NCBI RefSeq assembly: GCF_001194135.2 | Contig: NC_068987.1 | Location: 57,216,708-57,249,127 of the forward strand | Direction of reading: 5' to 3' | DNA length: 32,420 nucleotides | DNA from: Octopus bimaculoides | Taxonomy: Eukaryota | In this document: one piece after another, positions 1 through 10,900 of the stretch | Layout: each line of letters begins with the position of its first letter | Numbering within the stretch: position 1 is the stretch's first letter | The notes under the pieces: model-generated | What the model saw: only the letters and a program-made list of their open reading frames with translations | The model's database searches: none | What the model was told of the DNA's origin: nothing | Made by a program: the position numbers and the translations under genes

Positions 1-411
1 GTATGTGGGGAGGGGAAGGGGAGTGGGGGTCCAAAATTTAATTAGGGGGAATCGCATGACCGTGACATATAGAACACATTATCGAAAACGAAAATCGCCA
101 AAATTAAAAAATAAAAAAGTTACAGCCATTTTCCCTCAGTGTCTAATTCCAATGTCCACCTAAGAATGCCCTTTAAAAGGCTAGCTTTTTTGAAGGCTGC
201 ATTTCCTTGCATTCGGTAAAAATGTGTTTATTACGGTAGTTAACGTGAAGCATTCTTGTATAGTTATGCCCTTATGTATATATAAATAGATAAATATGAT
301 TTAGGGAAAAACGATAGATTCTTCCCTATGAATTTTTTTTCACGATAACTACCTGATAAATTCTTATATAAGAGTTTATCCTATTATTGTATTAATTATA
401 TATATATATAT

Positions 412-515
412 ATGCGAGTGTGTGTGTTTGTTACCCCATCGCTTGACAATCAGTGTTGGTTTGTTTGATTAATGACCGCAGTCCAATGACTGAAACAAGT
501 TAAAAGAATAAAAAT
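412..515 (+). mobile_element. Internally deleted 3' part of SINE family A
   Basis: CCCCATCGCTTGACAA and CGCAGTCCAATGACTGAAACAAGTTAAAAGAATAAAA match the two ends of the family A 3' module seen at 5780-5985. Confidence 0.65.
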
Positions 516-1509
516 AAGTGAATATCTGTGGCCGGTCATTACTTGAATTCATTTTACATCAATATGATATTGCACCAATATCATTTTGCGCCAATACCAA
601 ATTGTAGCGACTAATATTTCATTGAAATCGTGTTGCTTTGTATTTGTGTATGAGAAAATGTAACTATTGCAATTTGTTTATCGTTTTATATTTCAATTTT
701 TACATATTCCCCTTATTCCTTAACGGATATAATACTGAGCAGAGCGTACTTTACAATGCAAACAGCTTGCTAAAATAGCAAAATTTAAAAAAAACCCCAA
801 CAAGCAAGAAAAAAAAGTAAACTTAAAACCAAAAATAATACATATTTTAAAAATCCTTCTTAGTAATTATCATTTAGCAAAATTCAGTCTTTAAAGATTG
901 AGTACTTTTCTGATATACCATATCAAATGTTAAAGTTATCAAGAAAGTAAATATACTAATAACGAAAATAATCTCAAATTTAATACGATAGCGGTGGTAG
1001 TGGTTGTGAAACCGAAGCATATCAAAGGCTTCAATGAGCAGCAATATGAAATCAATAAGTTCCCTGGTAACTCAATAACAAACGAAGATTTATTCTGATA
1101 GTTCAAATTTTTCGCTTTTGTATAATTTATCTGCTTTTTTTTTCTGTCTCTCGCTCTATGAAATTTCATGGATGAGACGCAGTAAAAACCTATATAACTT
1201 ATATGAGCGGCTATCTAAATATATACATGTAATAAAAAATATACAGAATTATTTCCTGAATAATTCATTGTAACAGATGCCAAATTACTTGTTTGCTTAC
1301 TGTATTGGGTTTCTTTTCTTTTGGCAAGATATCAGCTGTCTTTCTCTTTGTAAGTTTTAGGGTGCTATGAAAATGAAATTATGTGTGTACCGTAGAACTG
1401 TGTCATTTTGTAAAGCATGTTCGATTTCTATTTGAGCCATTTCAGTTCACCTGATTTCACGCTGAATCTAATGGTTTCTTATTTAGATATAAGTCCAGCA
1501 ATTCTAAAG

Positions 1510-1694
1510 GAAGGGTGTTAATCGAGTCTGTCGATCCCACTATTTGACTGACATTTTATTTTATCGACCCCGAGGGATGAAAGGCAAAGCTGACCGTTGA
1601 CCCAGAGGAGATGGAAACTCAGAACGTAAAGAGTCGAAAGAACATCGCAAGATATTTTTCCGACGCTCAAACGATTCTGCTATCTCGCTGCCTT
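1510..1694 (-). mobile_element. tRNA-derived SINE family B, degenerate
   Basis: Reverse complement of AAGGCAGCGAGATAGCAGAATCGTT...CCTTTCATCCCTCGGGGTCGATAAAAT; matches the copy at 10669. Confidence 0.75.
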
Positions 1695-1718
1695 ATTTCA
1701 AGCTGTAATTTATAGCTT

Positions 1719-1917
1719 GGAGATGGCTAGCGGGCAGAATCGATAGCGCGACGGACAGAATGCTTAGTGGCGTTTCTTCTGGCTTTTTATGCTACGCTCA
1801 AATCTTATCGCGGTCAACATTGTTTTTCACCTTTTCGGGATCGATAAAATAAAGCACCAGTTAAATGCTGGGTCGATATACTCGACTACCTTCTCTCCCT
1901 ATAAATGCTGGCCTTTA
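1719..1917 (+). mobile_element. tRNA-derived SINE family B, degenerate; head-to-head with previous copy
   Basis: GGCAGAATCGATAGC...AATGCTTAGTGGCGTTTC...TTTCACCTTTTCGGGATCGATAAAATAAAGCACCAG...GGGTCGAT. Confidence 0.7.
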
Positions 1918-2361
1918 TCCATTAGGATAATTTGATTTCAAAACGTAGATAGTGCATTCGGCGATGAAGCAATCAGCCACTAAAGATTAAGCATTAGTGA
2001 TAGCTCTTCTGGCGGAACTGATCAAGTAAACGTCAAAAGCATTATTTAACTGTTGTTCTTTTATTCCTTAAATAACAGGGAAGGGTTGTATGAATGTGTG
2101 TGCCAAACGAGCAAGAACAGTTTCTTTTTCTTAAGGGTAATGTTTATACTTATTTTCACTTTAAATAAGTACAAAAGCTATAATAATTCTTAGTCTCTCG
2201 CACAGTAAAATTTACAAACTCATTATCGAAAAGTGCCTTAAAATATTCATACAAGATTCCCGCATTATTGTTGTCAAACAAAATATACAAATAGAGAAAA
2301 ATCGTAGCACTCTTCTAATCCAGAGCTAGTTGAAGTACCACTTTCTTCTGTGCTATCCAGG

Positions 2362-2424
<63 letters not shown>
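2362..2424. repeat. (TCA)21 microsatellite
   Basis: Direct reading; 63 nt of perfect TCA repeats. Confidence 0.97.
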
Positions 2425-2426
<2 letters not shown>

Positions 2427-2439
2427 TATCAATCTGATG

Positions 2440-3060
2440 ATGAAAGAAAGTCAGAATAAAATTGTTTCATCGCTTTATAAGTCTTCCATTTCAGACTTGA
2501 TACCTCCCATCGATGGCTGGGTGCATTTGATGAATTAGACCCTCAGGCGTCAATTGAGGATGGCCATATCCATGTAACCATCAATTCATGATGTCCGCTG
2601 TTTAAGGGTTAAACTAAAGTTTATGATCAACATCGCTCCAGTCATGACTAGGTTATATTTTAATACATTTAGAATTATATAATTCATTGTATTCTTCTTT
2701 TGTTTAAAACATTATGGTGTTTTTTTTAAAGTTTTGACTGCTATGTTTAACATGTTGAATGTCTGTGTCAAGTCTCCCTTGCTGGTTTATGACTGTAATT
2801 GCTGTTATTGAGAGGCTAAAGTTGGACGTGTTAAAGTCTTCTCCTCCGAAGGAAAGAGCAGTATTCATAACGCTTTTCAGTGTATGGTAAGCAATTCGTT
2901 GATCAAAGGAAGCCTTCTCGTAATTCAATTCATGGTTATTTGCTTGTTTTGTCATGCAAACTATCTGGTCATAGGGATCAAAAACTTGAATTCTGCTTCA
3001 AAGACTAACAAATTTTCCTGTCAAACGTTTACGAAGACTTTCCTTTCACTCGTTGGTTCA
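2440..3060 (-). mobile_element. Possible highly decayed L1/Tx1-type LINE reverse-transcriptase fragment
   Basis: Minus-strand ELNYEKASFDQRIAYHTLKSV..SFGGEDF resembles LD.EKAFD.V.H..L..VL..FGF; upstream RIQVFDPYDQ and downstream *SDETILF fall where the II.PDQ and YADD motifs would be. Many stops and frameshifts; motif similarity is by eye. Confidence 0.35.
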
Positions 3061-3242
3061 ATAACAGGATTCTAATTGCTTATATTGCTTCTTGAACATC
3101 TCATCCAAAGCACGTTTGGAGTAGAGAAATTAGATTAGTTTGGATTGGTTAATCTTTTTTCTAGACCATATAGTTGATGTTTACAGTCAGTGACACCCCA
3201 ATCCTTTCCGCCCCACGTTTCTTTCTCTCTCTTCATATATAA

Positions 3243-3254
3243 ATGTGTGTGTGC

Positions 3255-3347
<93 letters not shown>

Positions 3348-3419
3348 CATATATATACATATATATGCATATATTTATATATATGTATATAAATGTATAT
3401 ATATATTTATATATATATG

Positions 3420-3451
<32 letters not shown>

Positions 3452-3454
3452 CAT

Positions 3455-3507
<53 letters not shown>

Positions 3508-3571
3508 CATTTTCACACGCGTGGGTGGACATACGACAGAAAGTAGCACTCAACACATTTATACACCTTCA

Positions 3572-3618
<47 letters not shown>

Positions 3619-3656
3619 ATATATATATATATATATACATACACACATAAATACAT

Positions 3657-3689
<33 letters not shown>

Positions 3690-3717
3690 AGATTATACCT
3701 ACACACACACACACACT
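3243..3717. repeat. Compound (TA)n/(CA)n/(TATG)n/(ATCT)n microsatellite
   Basis: Direct reading; explains the YIYI ORFs in the track. Confidence 0.95.
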
Positions 3718-4067
3718 CTGTCAACTAGGTAGAATATACTACATTGAGGAGGCCTAATCCAATCTCTCACCGAATTTCCTATATTTTCAAAATTTCAGTA
3801 AAAACTTCCAAGAGGAAAGTTTTACCTCTTAATTACATGGACAATCTTAACTAGAAATAACTTACATGGATTGATGAATGTTGGCCATTCGCAGCTTGTA
3901 TTAATGAATTAATATAAGCTAGGAATAAGCTTTGCAGAACATTCTAATTTCCTGTGGTCTGAAAGCTATTTATTGAAACATAATTATGATTGTAGCAGGT
4001 GAATTTGAATGAGTGATAATAAATGAAAATTGCTAAGTAGAACAACCAACATGTAAAACGAACTTAC

Positions 4068-4193
4068 CAAGTGACAGGACATCGCCAGTTTCAAAAGGAA
4101 GACATATAGCGAATTTCTGGTAATTACTGATTCCAAAAAGTGGCATGGCAGCTACGGTTATGGCAAAAATCCAACCAATAAGCATGATATATC
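4068..4193 (-). CDS. Internal exon of a leucine-rich-repeat-containing GPCR (rickets/bursicon-receptor-like, LGR/glycoprotein hormone receptor family): TM4 and ECL2
   Basis: Acceptor ctctcaatgcag|GATATATC, donor CTTG|gtaagt; 126 nt, phase 1-1, open: (G)YIMLIGWIFAITVAAMPLFGISNYQKFAICLPFETGDVLSL(G). GW.F....A..P..G.S.Y.K..ICLP is the LGR TM4-ECL2 signature; KFA.CLPFET recalls Drosophila rickets. Orthology not tested. Confidence 0.88.
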
Positions 4194-4659
4194 CTGCATT
4201 GAGAGATTTTGAAAATAATGATATATGCAATGAAAAAAGTAAGACAAACAAACGATGCCATAATAAATGATAGAAAGATAGGTTAAAGAGAGAGGAAAGT
4301 TAATATATATNNNNNNNNNNTATATATGTATGTATGTATATATGTATGTGTTTATATGTATGTATGTGTGTATATGTATGTATGTATGTATGTATGTGTG
4401 TATATGTATGTATGTATGTATGTATGTATGCATGTATATATATATGTTAATATATATGTATATATATCTATATGCATATACATATATGCATAAAAACATA
4501 TAGATACACACATCTTAATAATGACAGAAAGATAAGTTATTCGGAAGTATTAAAGGTATTACTTTAATTTAAAAAAAAAACTCAAAAAGAACGTGTTCAG
4601 ATTTTTGTAAGGAAATGATATGAAATACTGTTTAAACCCTTTTATCATGCTATGTAAGA

Positions 4660-4703
<44 letters not shown>

Positions 4704-5647
4704 NNNNNNNNNNNNNNNNNNNNNNNNNNNNNNNNNNNNNNNNNNNNNNNNNNNNNNNNNNNNNNNNNNNNNNNNNNNNNNNNNNNNNNNNNNNNNNNNN
4801 NNNNNNNNNNNNNNNNNNNNNNNNNNNNNNNNNNNNNNNNNNNNNNNNNNNNNNNNNNNNNNNNNNNNNNNNNNNNNNNNNNNNNNNNNNNNNNNNNNNN
4901 NNNNNNNNNNNNNNNNNNNNNNNNNNNNNNNNNNNNNNNNNNNNNNNNNNNNNNNNNNNNNNNNNNNNNNNNNNNNNNNNNNNNNNNNNNNNNNNNNNNN
5001 NNNNNNNNNNNNNNNNNNNNNNNNNNNNNNNNNNNNNNNNNNNNNNNNNNNNNNNNNNNNNNNNNNNNNNNNNNNNNNNNNNNNNNNNNNNNNNNNNNNN
5101 NNNNNNNNNNNNNNNNNNNNNNNNNNNNNNNNNNNNNNNNNNNNNNNNNNNNNNNNNNNNNNNNNNNNNNNNNNNNNNNNNNNNNNNNNNNNNNNNNNNN
5201 NNNNNNNNNNNNNNNNNNNNNNNNNNNNNNNNNNNNNNNNNNNNNNNNNNNNNNNNNNNNNNNNNNNNNNNNNNNNNNNNNNNNNNNNNNNNNNNNNNNN
5301 NNNNNNNNNNNNNNNNNNNNNNNNNNNNNNNNNNNNNNNNNNNNNNNNNNNNNNNNNNNNNNNNNNNNNNNNNNNNNNNNNNNNNNNNNNNNNNNNNNNN
5401 NNNNNNNNNNNNNNNNNNNNNNNNNNNNNNNNNNNNNNNNNNNNNNNNNNNNNNNNNNNNNNNNNNNNNNNNNNNNNNNNNNNNNNNNNNNNNNNNNNNN
5501 NNNNNNNNNNNNNNNNNNNNNNNNNNNNNNNNNNNNNNNNNNNNNNNNNNNNNNNNNNNNNNNNNNNNNNNNNNNNNNNNNNNNNNNNNNNNNNNNNNNN
5601 NNNNNNNNNNNNNNNNNNNNNNNNNNNNNNNNNNNNNNNNNNNNNNN
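4704..5647. other. Assembly gap
   Basis: Run of N after (TA)n. Smaller gaps also at 4311-4320 and 29017-29028. Confidence 0.99.
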
Positions 5648-5985
5648 CTATATAGCCTCGGGCCGATCAAAGCCTTGTGAGTGGATTTGGTAGACGGAAA
5701 CTGAAAGAAGCCTGTCGTATATATATGTATATATATATGTGTGTATGTATGTGTGTGTATGTGTTTGTGTGTCTGTGTTTGTCCCCCCCCCCACCATCGT
5801 TTGGCAACCGATGCTGGTGTGTTTGCGTCCTCGTAACTTAGCGGTTCGGCAAAAGAGACCGATAGAATAAGTACTAGGCTTCCAACGAATAAGTCCTGGG
5901 GTCGATTTGCTCGACTAAAGGCGGTGCTCCAGCATGTCCACAGTCAAATGACTGAAACAAGTAAAAGAGTAAAAGAGTAAAGAGT
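5648..5985 (+). mobile_element. SINE family A (bipartite, internal microsatellite); 5' head lost in gap
   Basis: TATAGCCTCGGGCCGATCAAAGCCTTGTGAGTGGATTTGGTAGACGGAAACTGAAAGAAGCC, then (TA/TG)n, then the 3' module ending in (AAAAGAGT)n; recurs many times in the window. Confidence 0.9.
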
Positions 5986-6107
5986 ATATATTTCTATATA
6001 AACCAACATTGTATGTTACGACAAATATAGACTAAATGTATGTATGATATTTTCGCAGCAAAAATAAATAAAAAGAAAAACAAAAATAAACAACAACAAA
6101 AACAAAG

Positions 6108-6160
6108 GACAGCGAAGCCTACCCTGTTTCAAACCTGTTAGGATTTCATCAGTTACTGCC
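6108..6160 (-). ncRNA. Type I hammerhead ribozyme-like motif (intact core, weak stem I)
   Basis: Minus strand: ggcagtaa-CTGATGA-aatcct.aac.aggttt-GAA-AC.agg.GT-A-ggcttcgctgtc. Core at 6146-6152, GAAAC at 6126-6130, GUA triplet; stem II has one U-U mismatch; only distal stem I pairing (GGCAG/CTGTC); followed by a T-rich tail. Confidence 0.5.
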
Positions 6161-6199
6161 TTAACTGTCCACGAATATATTGCTTATAAAGTCAATATT

Positions 6200-8330
6200 A
6201 TTGAAGTTATTACATGAATCACACAAGTAATTTAATATACGAACTATCAAGAAAATGTATTCAAGCTCGTAGTGATTTTCGACTGAAAGTTGACTTTACC
6301 ATGCAGAGAGCTACTAAAAACAACATGGCTGGACACGACACATTAACAACAACACAGTTGAAAGACAGAGCGAAAACATCGTCGCTAAAGGTAAACAAAC
6401 TCTTTCTAAGTATAGAAACTGCAAAAACTGAATAATGATTTATTTAACTGTTGTAAGAGAGCAAATAAAAACTCTGCAATTGGATATATGAACAAATTAA
6501 AAGCATATTGGGATCTTTGTGGTTTTCGTCACTGTTTACAATTATCTTTAAAAACATTTTTAATGTGTCATATAGACGTAATTCTTGACGTTGAATCCGA
6601 ATTTGTTATTCATTTATTCCAGAAAACTTTTGCAAAAATGTTACAGGTGTTCGAAGTTTGATAATTTTCAGAATGTTTAGCCAATCAGAAAACAGCGCGT
6701 TCACTGTCTCTTCCATCATTAGGGGTGGGGGCATCGGCATGTCAAAACATTAAACTAGCTACAGTAAACAAAGAAAAACATGAAAACATTCGCGAGAGAA
6801 ATAAATATTTAAAAGCTACGAACAAACAAACAGGAATTGCTAGTAATAACAGTCAAAACATTGTTTAAAACAGACATTTATTATTTAAAAATATGCAAGA
6901 ATGAAAGTTTTCAATACACTCTATGATTTTATAAAATAAATATCTTTCTCGTATCTCTTTTTCCACATAAATTCACAAAGATAAGAGTCATTACACTGCT
7001 GTAAGAGCTCCTCTCCAATTTCATTAAGAACTTTTAACAGTATATTTGTTTATCTTTTGTTTACTTTGGTAGAGAACACTCTCTCTCTTGGAGAGAGTAC
7101 ATCAAAACCAAAGTTATTTATTCTTGAGAAATTTTCAGGGCATTTTTCACCGATATATACCCCTGACTACTACTACGATGATGTTTGCAGTTCTACCTGC
7201 TGTTTACCATAATCATTGTAGAGGGACACTTGTCAGTTGTCTTAGCCTGCAATGTAGTTTGGCTGCCAGGCAGTATGGTATCTGTTGGAATGTCGATAAC
7301 TGTATAACCACGTAGTGTTCTTACATCGTTCACACTTTTGTTTATACTCTTTGGAAAAAAATTAATTTCTGATATTTTTTAAATAAAGTTACATTCACTA
7401 ACTTTCTTTCTATGTTCAACAAATGTTGCTTGTTGGTGTAATTGTTTCGCAATAACATAATTTAGTTCTGAGTGCGGATTGTCCCAGTGGGGACTTTGTG
7501 GTTTTCGTCACTGTTTACAATTTTGTTCCAGTTGTTTTCAAATTTGATATATGGATTAAGTTTTGTATACTAAATATGAAAATGAAGTTCATTTTTCCTA
7601 TAAATCCATAATTAAAACAGCCCTTAAAATTTGCAAAATTTGAGCATTTAAGTCAATCAGAAGCGAGTATTTTAGACATCACCGTGGCGAAGAAGTCTGT
7701 TTCTGTAGTAACCAAAGGTGGTGCGCATGTGCAGAAGGAGTGTAACCACCACTTGTTCTATAATTGTTTGTTTTCATAACAGATGGGACTCACACTCAAC
7801 AAATTGAAAGTACCTGTTAAAAGCTCTTAATGAAATTGGAGAGGAGCTCTTACAGCAGTGTAATGAACTTTTATTCTGGCAGATTAACGCCTGTCTATTT
7901 TCCTCGTCTATTACAGCAAAGCAACTCATGAACGATAATCAAAAAGTAAACAAAACCGAAACAACGAAAAATGTGCCATCATGGGCTTTGAAGACAAAGA
8001 AAAAGATAGCTGATTTACGGAAGACCATCAGTCATATGATCATGCTTTTTGCTTGAAAATCACTAAACGTCTCATCAACAAAACGTGAAGAAGGAGATAG
8101 AAGTGATGTTTGGAGATTGCAAACTGATCACCTCCAAGCAGGAGCTAAAAGCTATTAGTGATAAACTCCGACATCAGAGGAGATTAACCGAAAGTCATTA
8201 ATAGAACTGTCAACATTTTAAAAACTTTCCTGGAGTTTAGCGTCTATCTATACATGCACATGCCTAGACATGCAACTGTATGTTGGAGAATACCTACATA
8301 AAACAAAATATACAAATTTGCACGTGCACG
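6200..8330 (+). mobile_element. Internally deleted R4/Dong-like (RLE-type) non-LTR retrotransposon, interrupted by a MITE and partly inverted
   Basis: LNNDLFNCCKRANKNSAIGYMNKLKAY (+, ~6436-6508) continues as WDNPHSELNYVIAKQLHQQATFVEHRK (- strand from 7488), then WQINACLFSSSITAK...VPSWALKTKKKIADLRKTISHM (+ from 7877), then jumps to the C-terminus TVNILKTFLEF and a 3' UTR (8200-8330) similar to the minus-strand fragment at 22390-22500. Clade assignment is from motif recall; 5' boundary approximate. Confidence 0.65.
6510..7876. mobile_element. Non-autonomous TIR DNA transposon (MITE), split into 6510-7040 and 7489-7876 by an inversion
   Basis: Identical 29-mer CTTTGTGGTTTTCGTCACTGTTTACAATT at 6515-6543 and 7494-7522, each preceded by GGG(G)A; apparent 3-bp target duplication ATT (6507-6509) / ACT (rc of 7486-7488). 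Confidence 0.7.
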
Positions 8331-9737
8331 GACTCGAAATATTGTATTCATACGCATAAGCATGCACAAATGCCTTGTTTAAAAACTAAACACCCATTAA
8401 CTATTTTTAGAATCATATAGTAGACTCTTTCAAGCAAGAACTCGCCGAAAAGTTGGCGTTTCGTATCCTCTTAGTAACACAACGTTGAGTTCATGACCAA
8501 GACACTTAACTTTCAAAATCACCCAATTCATTTGTCTCTCTAAACCAAGAAAGAGGAAACCCTCTCGCGAAAATATTAAGGCTACTGCTGACGAAATTTC
8601 TAAAACCCGAATGACAAAAAAGCTGCCTTAAAAGTAAAACCAAAAATAATAATAAGTTACATACAACTTTGTAAAATTAAAAATTCACTATTTTTCTCAG
8701 AATAAAAGTGCCTTCACAAGTTTTTACATATTTGCATTTTAACCTTGATTTTAAAATAGTTTCCACCTTTTGCTCTCAACAATAGCATCCCTACGAAATT
8801 GACAAATGGTTCGTTATTCTGTAATGTACAGTTTAACTCCTTCTATGGGAATAGAGAATCCACTCCAGTACTCACTCTCAAGACAGATTTCTCCATTTAT
8901 CACACCACATATATTGCTTGAACTTTGAAAAATATAATGCCGAAACTTATTTTGTCCATCCATTTTCCCTCCATTAACGGATAGGTTATCATATAGGCTC
9001 TATTAATTATGAATTGAAACTGCTAGTTAATTAAATCACCAACACTTATCACTACAAAATTAAGGTTATCATAGAATATTAGAACGAATTCGTTATATTT
9101 TAGTTGTTTACATTCCTTAATTGCAGTAACTGTGCAGTAACTGTCATCGCCAACCCAAATTAAATGAAGTAGATGTATATCTCATGAATTCCGCGTTAAT
9201 TAGTCTTAAACACTTCATGCGAACCAGTAGCAACTACATAATCAACTAAATACATATACTTATGTATCATCACGTCTGTCAATCTTCTAATATCCTATTA
9301 TATATTCCAGATGTTATAATTGAACAAATTCGTAAATTGATATTACTGCTGACTCTCTCAAATTATTAAATTATTCTGGCGCTTATTGGCAGTTATTCAA
9401 CAAGGAGTAGTAAATTTAAATATAGTTTGTATACTATTCGCCAAAAGTAGTCTGCAAACCTTTCAGAAACAGAAAGACATCGAACTGAGTGTTCTGCAGT
9501 ATTTAATATTGTTTCTCTCTTCCTTCTAATCTCAGTTAGATTACTGATTACCTTTCATCTGCCAGGTAACTCGATAAAATGAACAGGTATCTGTAATACA
9601 CAGCAATTAGTTTCAATGACTATTCCTCTAAAATAACGATCTGTCTTTTCCTCGTTAATATTAACAGTCAAGAACTATAATTAGCTTATAGTACTTAAAC
9701 ATATAGACATTATTACAGTGCTTAATTATATAGACAG

Positions 9738-10116
9738 TGGAGGCGCAATGGCCCAGTGGTTAGGGCAGCGGACTCGCGGTCATAGGATCGCGGTTTCGAT
9801 TCCCAGACCGGGCATTGTGAGTGTTTATTGAGCGAAAACACCTAAAGCTCCACGAGGCTCCGGCAGGGGATGATGGTGAACCCTGCTGTACTCTTTCACC
9901 ACAACTTTCTCTCACTCTTACTTCCTGTTTCTGTTGTGCCTGTAATTCAAAGGGTCAGCCGTGTCACGCTGAATATCCCCGAGAACTACGTTAAGGGTGC
10001 ACGTGTCTGTGGAGTGCTCAGCCACTTGCACGTTAATCTCACGAGCAGGCTGTTCCGTTGATCGGATCAACTGGAACCCTTGACGTCGTAAGCGACGGAG
10101 TGCCAACAACAACAAC
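9738..10116 (+). mobile_element. Full-length tRNA-derived SINE family C with RTE-like 3' tail
   Basis: A-box-like TGGCCCAGTGG, B-box-like GGTTTCGATTCCC, tail GACGGAGTGC(CAA)n; 14-bp TSD AATTATATAGACAG at 9724-9737 and 10117-10130. Confidence 0.92.
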
Positions 10117-10186
10117 AATTATATAGACAGACAAACAGATAAGATAGGTAGATAGGTTGATAAATGTATATATATTCTATTAGATA

Positions 10187-10400
10187 TCAGGATGTGCTGA
10201 AAAGTTCCTGGCTTTAAGGGTGTCACGAAAGTCCTGGATGGAGGCCCAACCTTCCGAATTCTTTAACAGGGTTTAGAAAACTGGTGGACCGCTGCAATAA
10301 GTGTGTGAATTTGAGAGGGGAATATGTTAAATAACATCATAATTAACTGATACTCCTATATTTTATTTTACCCAAAGCCATGAACTTTTCAGCATCCCCC
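10187..10400 (+). mobile_element. Mariner-derived MITE
   Basis: TIRs TGCTGAAAAGTTCCTGGCTTT / AAAGCCATGAACTTTTCAGCA; internal GFRKLVDRCNKCVNLRGEYVK* matches the mariner transposase C-terminal KLV.RW.KC....G.YV motif. Confidence 0.85.
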
Positions 10401-10668
10401 AGGGATTCTACACAGTTTCCTTCTTGTAAATTTCAAACACAAGATATTGATTAATTCAAGGCTGTGGTAGAATTTATTGACTTAATGGCTCGTATAGTAT
10501 GATCAACTCATGTGATTGCGAAACTATTTTATGCAATGAAGATTTTTTTAACCATCACAGCCACTGTCTCATATATGCTGTTCTATTCGAATAATTGCTG
10601 TACATATGTAAATGTACCGGGTAATAAAGAAACGTATATTATTATTATCATCATTATTAGTAGTAGTA

Positions 10669-10900
10669 AAGCGGCGAGCTAGCAGAATCGTTAGCACGCC
10701 GATAAAAATGCTTAGCGGTATTTCGCCCGTCTGCACGATCTGAGTTCAAATTCCGCTGAGGTCAACTTTACCTTTCATCCTTTCGGGGTTGATAACTTAA
10801 GTACCAGTGAAACACCGGGGTCGATGTAATTGACTTATCCCCTCTCCCAAAATTTCAGGCTTTGTGCTTATAGGAGAAAGGATTATTATTATTATTATTA
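10669..10900 (+). mobile_element. tRNA-derived SINE family B, near full length, (ATT)n tail
   Basis: GCGGCGAGCTAGCAGAATCGTTAGC...GAGTTCAAATTCC...CCTTTCATCCTTTCGGGGTTGATAA...GGGGTCGATGTAATTGAC. Confidence 0.9.

Noticed and set aside
2430-2465. CTGATGA-TGA..TCA-GAA with CAAT/ATTG flanks
   Set aside because: No A15.1-U16.1 pair or UH triplet; likely chance.
2350-2538. Poly-Ser ORF preceded by an acceptor-like ttctgtgctatccag
   Set aside because: The Ser run is the (TCA)21 microsatellite; the remainder is antisense to a decayed LINE-like region.
3865-3960. Minus-strand pseudo-exon just downstream of the LGR exon (ctttcag...gtaagt); the inner acceptor gives AYINSLIQAANG
   Set aside because: Stops in all frames from the strong acceptor; the shorter version is not hydrophobic enough to be the expected TM5.
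8575-8632. CTGACGA...GAA motif with distal AAGGC/GCCTT pairing, resembling the 6.1-kb hammerhead-like motif
   Set aside because: Stem II does not close and A15.1/U16.1 are missing; at best a dead relic.
9738-9815. tRNA-like sequence with A and B boxes
   Set aside because: It is the SINE head continuing into the SINE body within a TSD; no proper cloverleaf, so not a tRNA gene.
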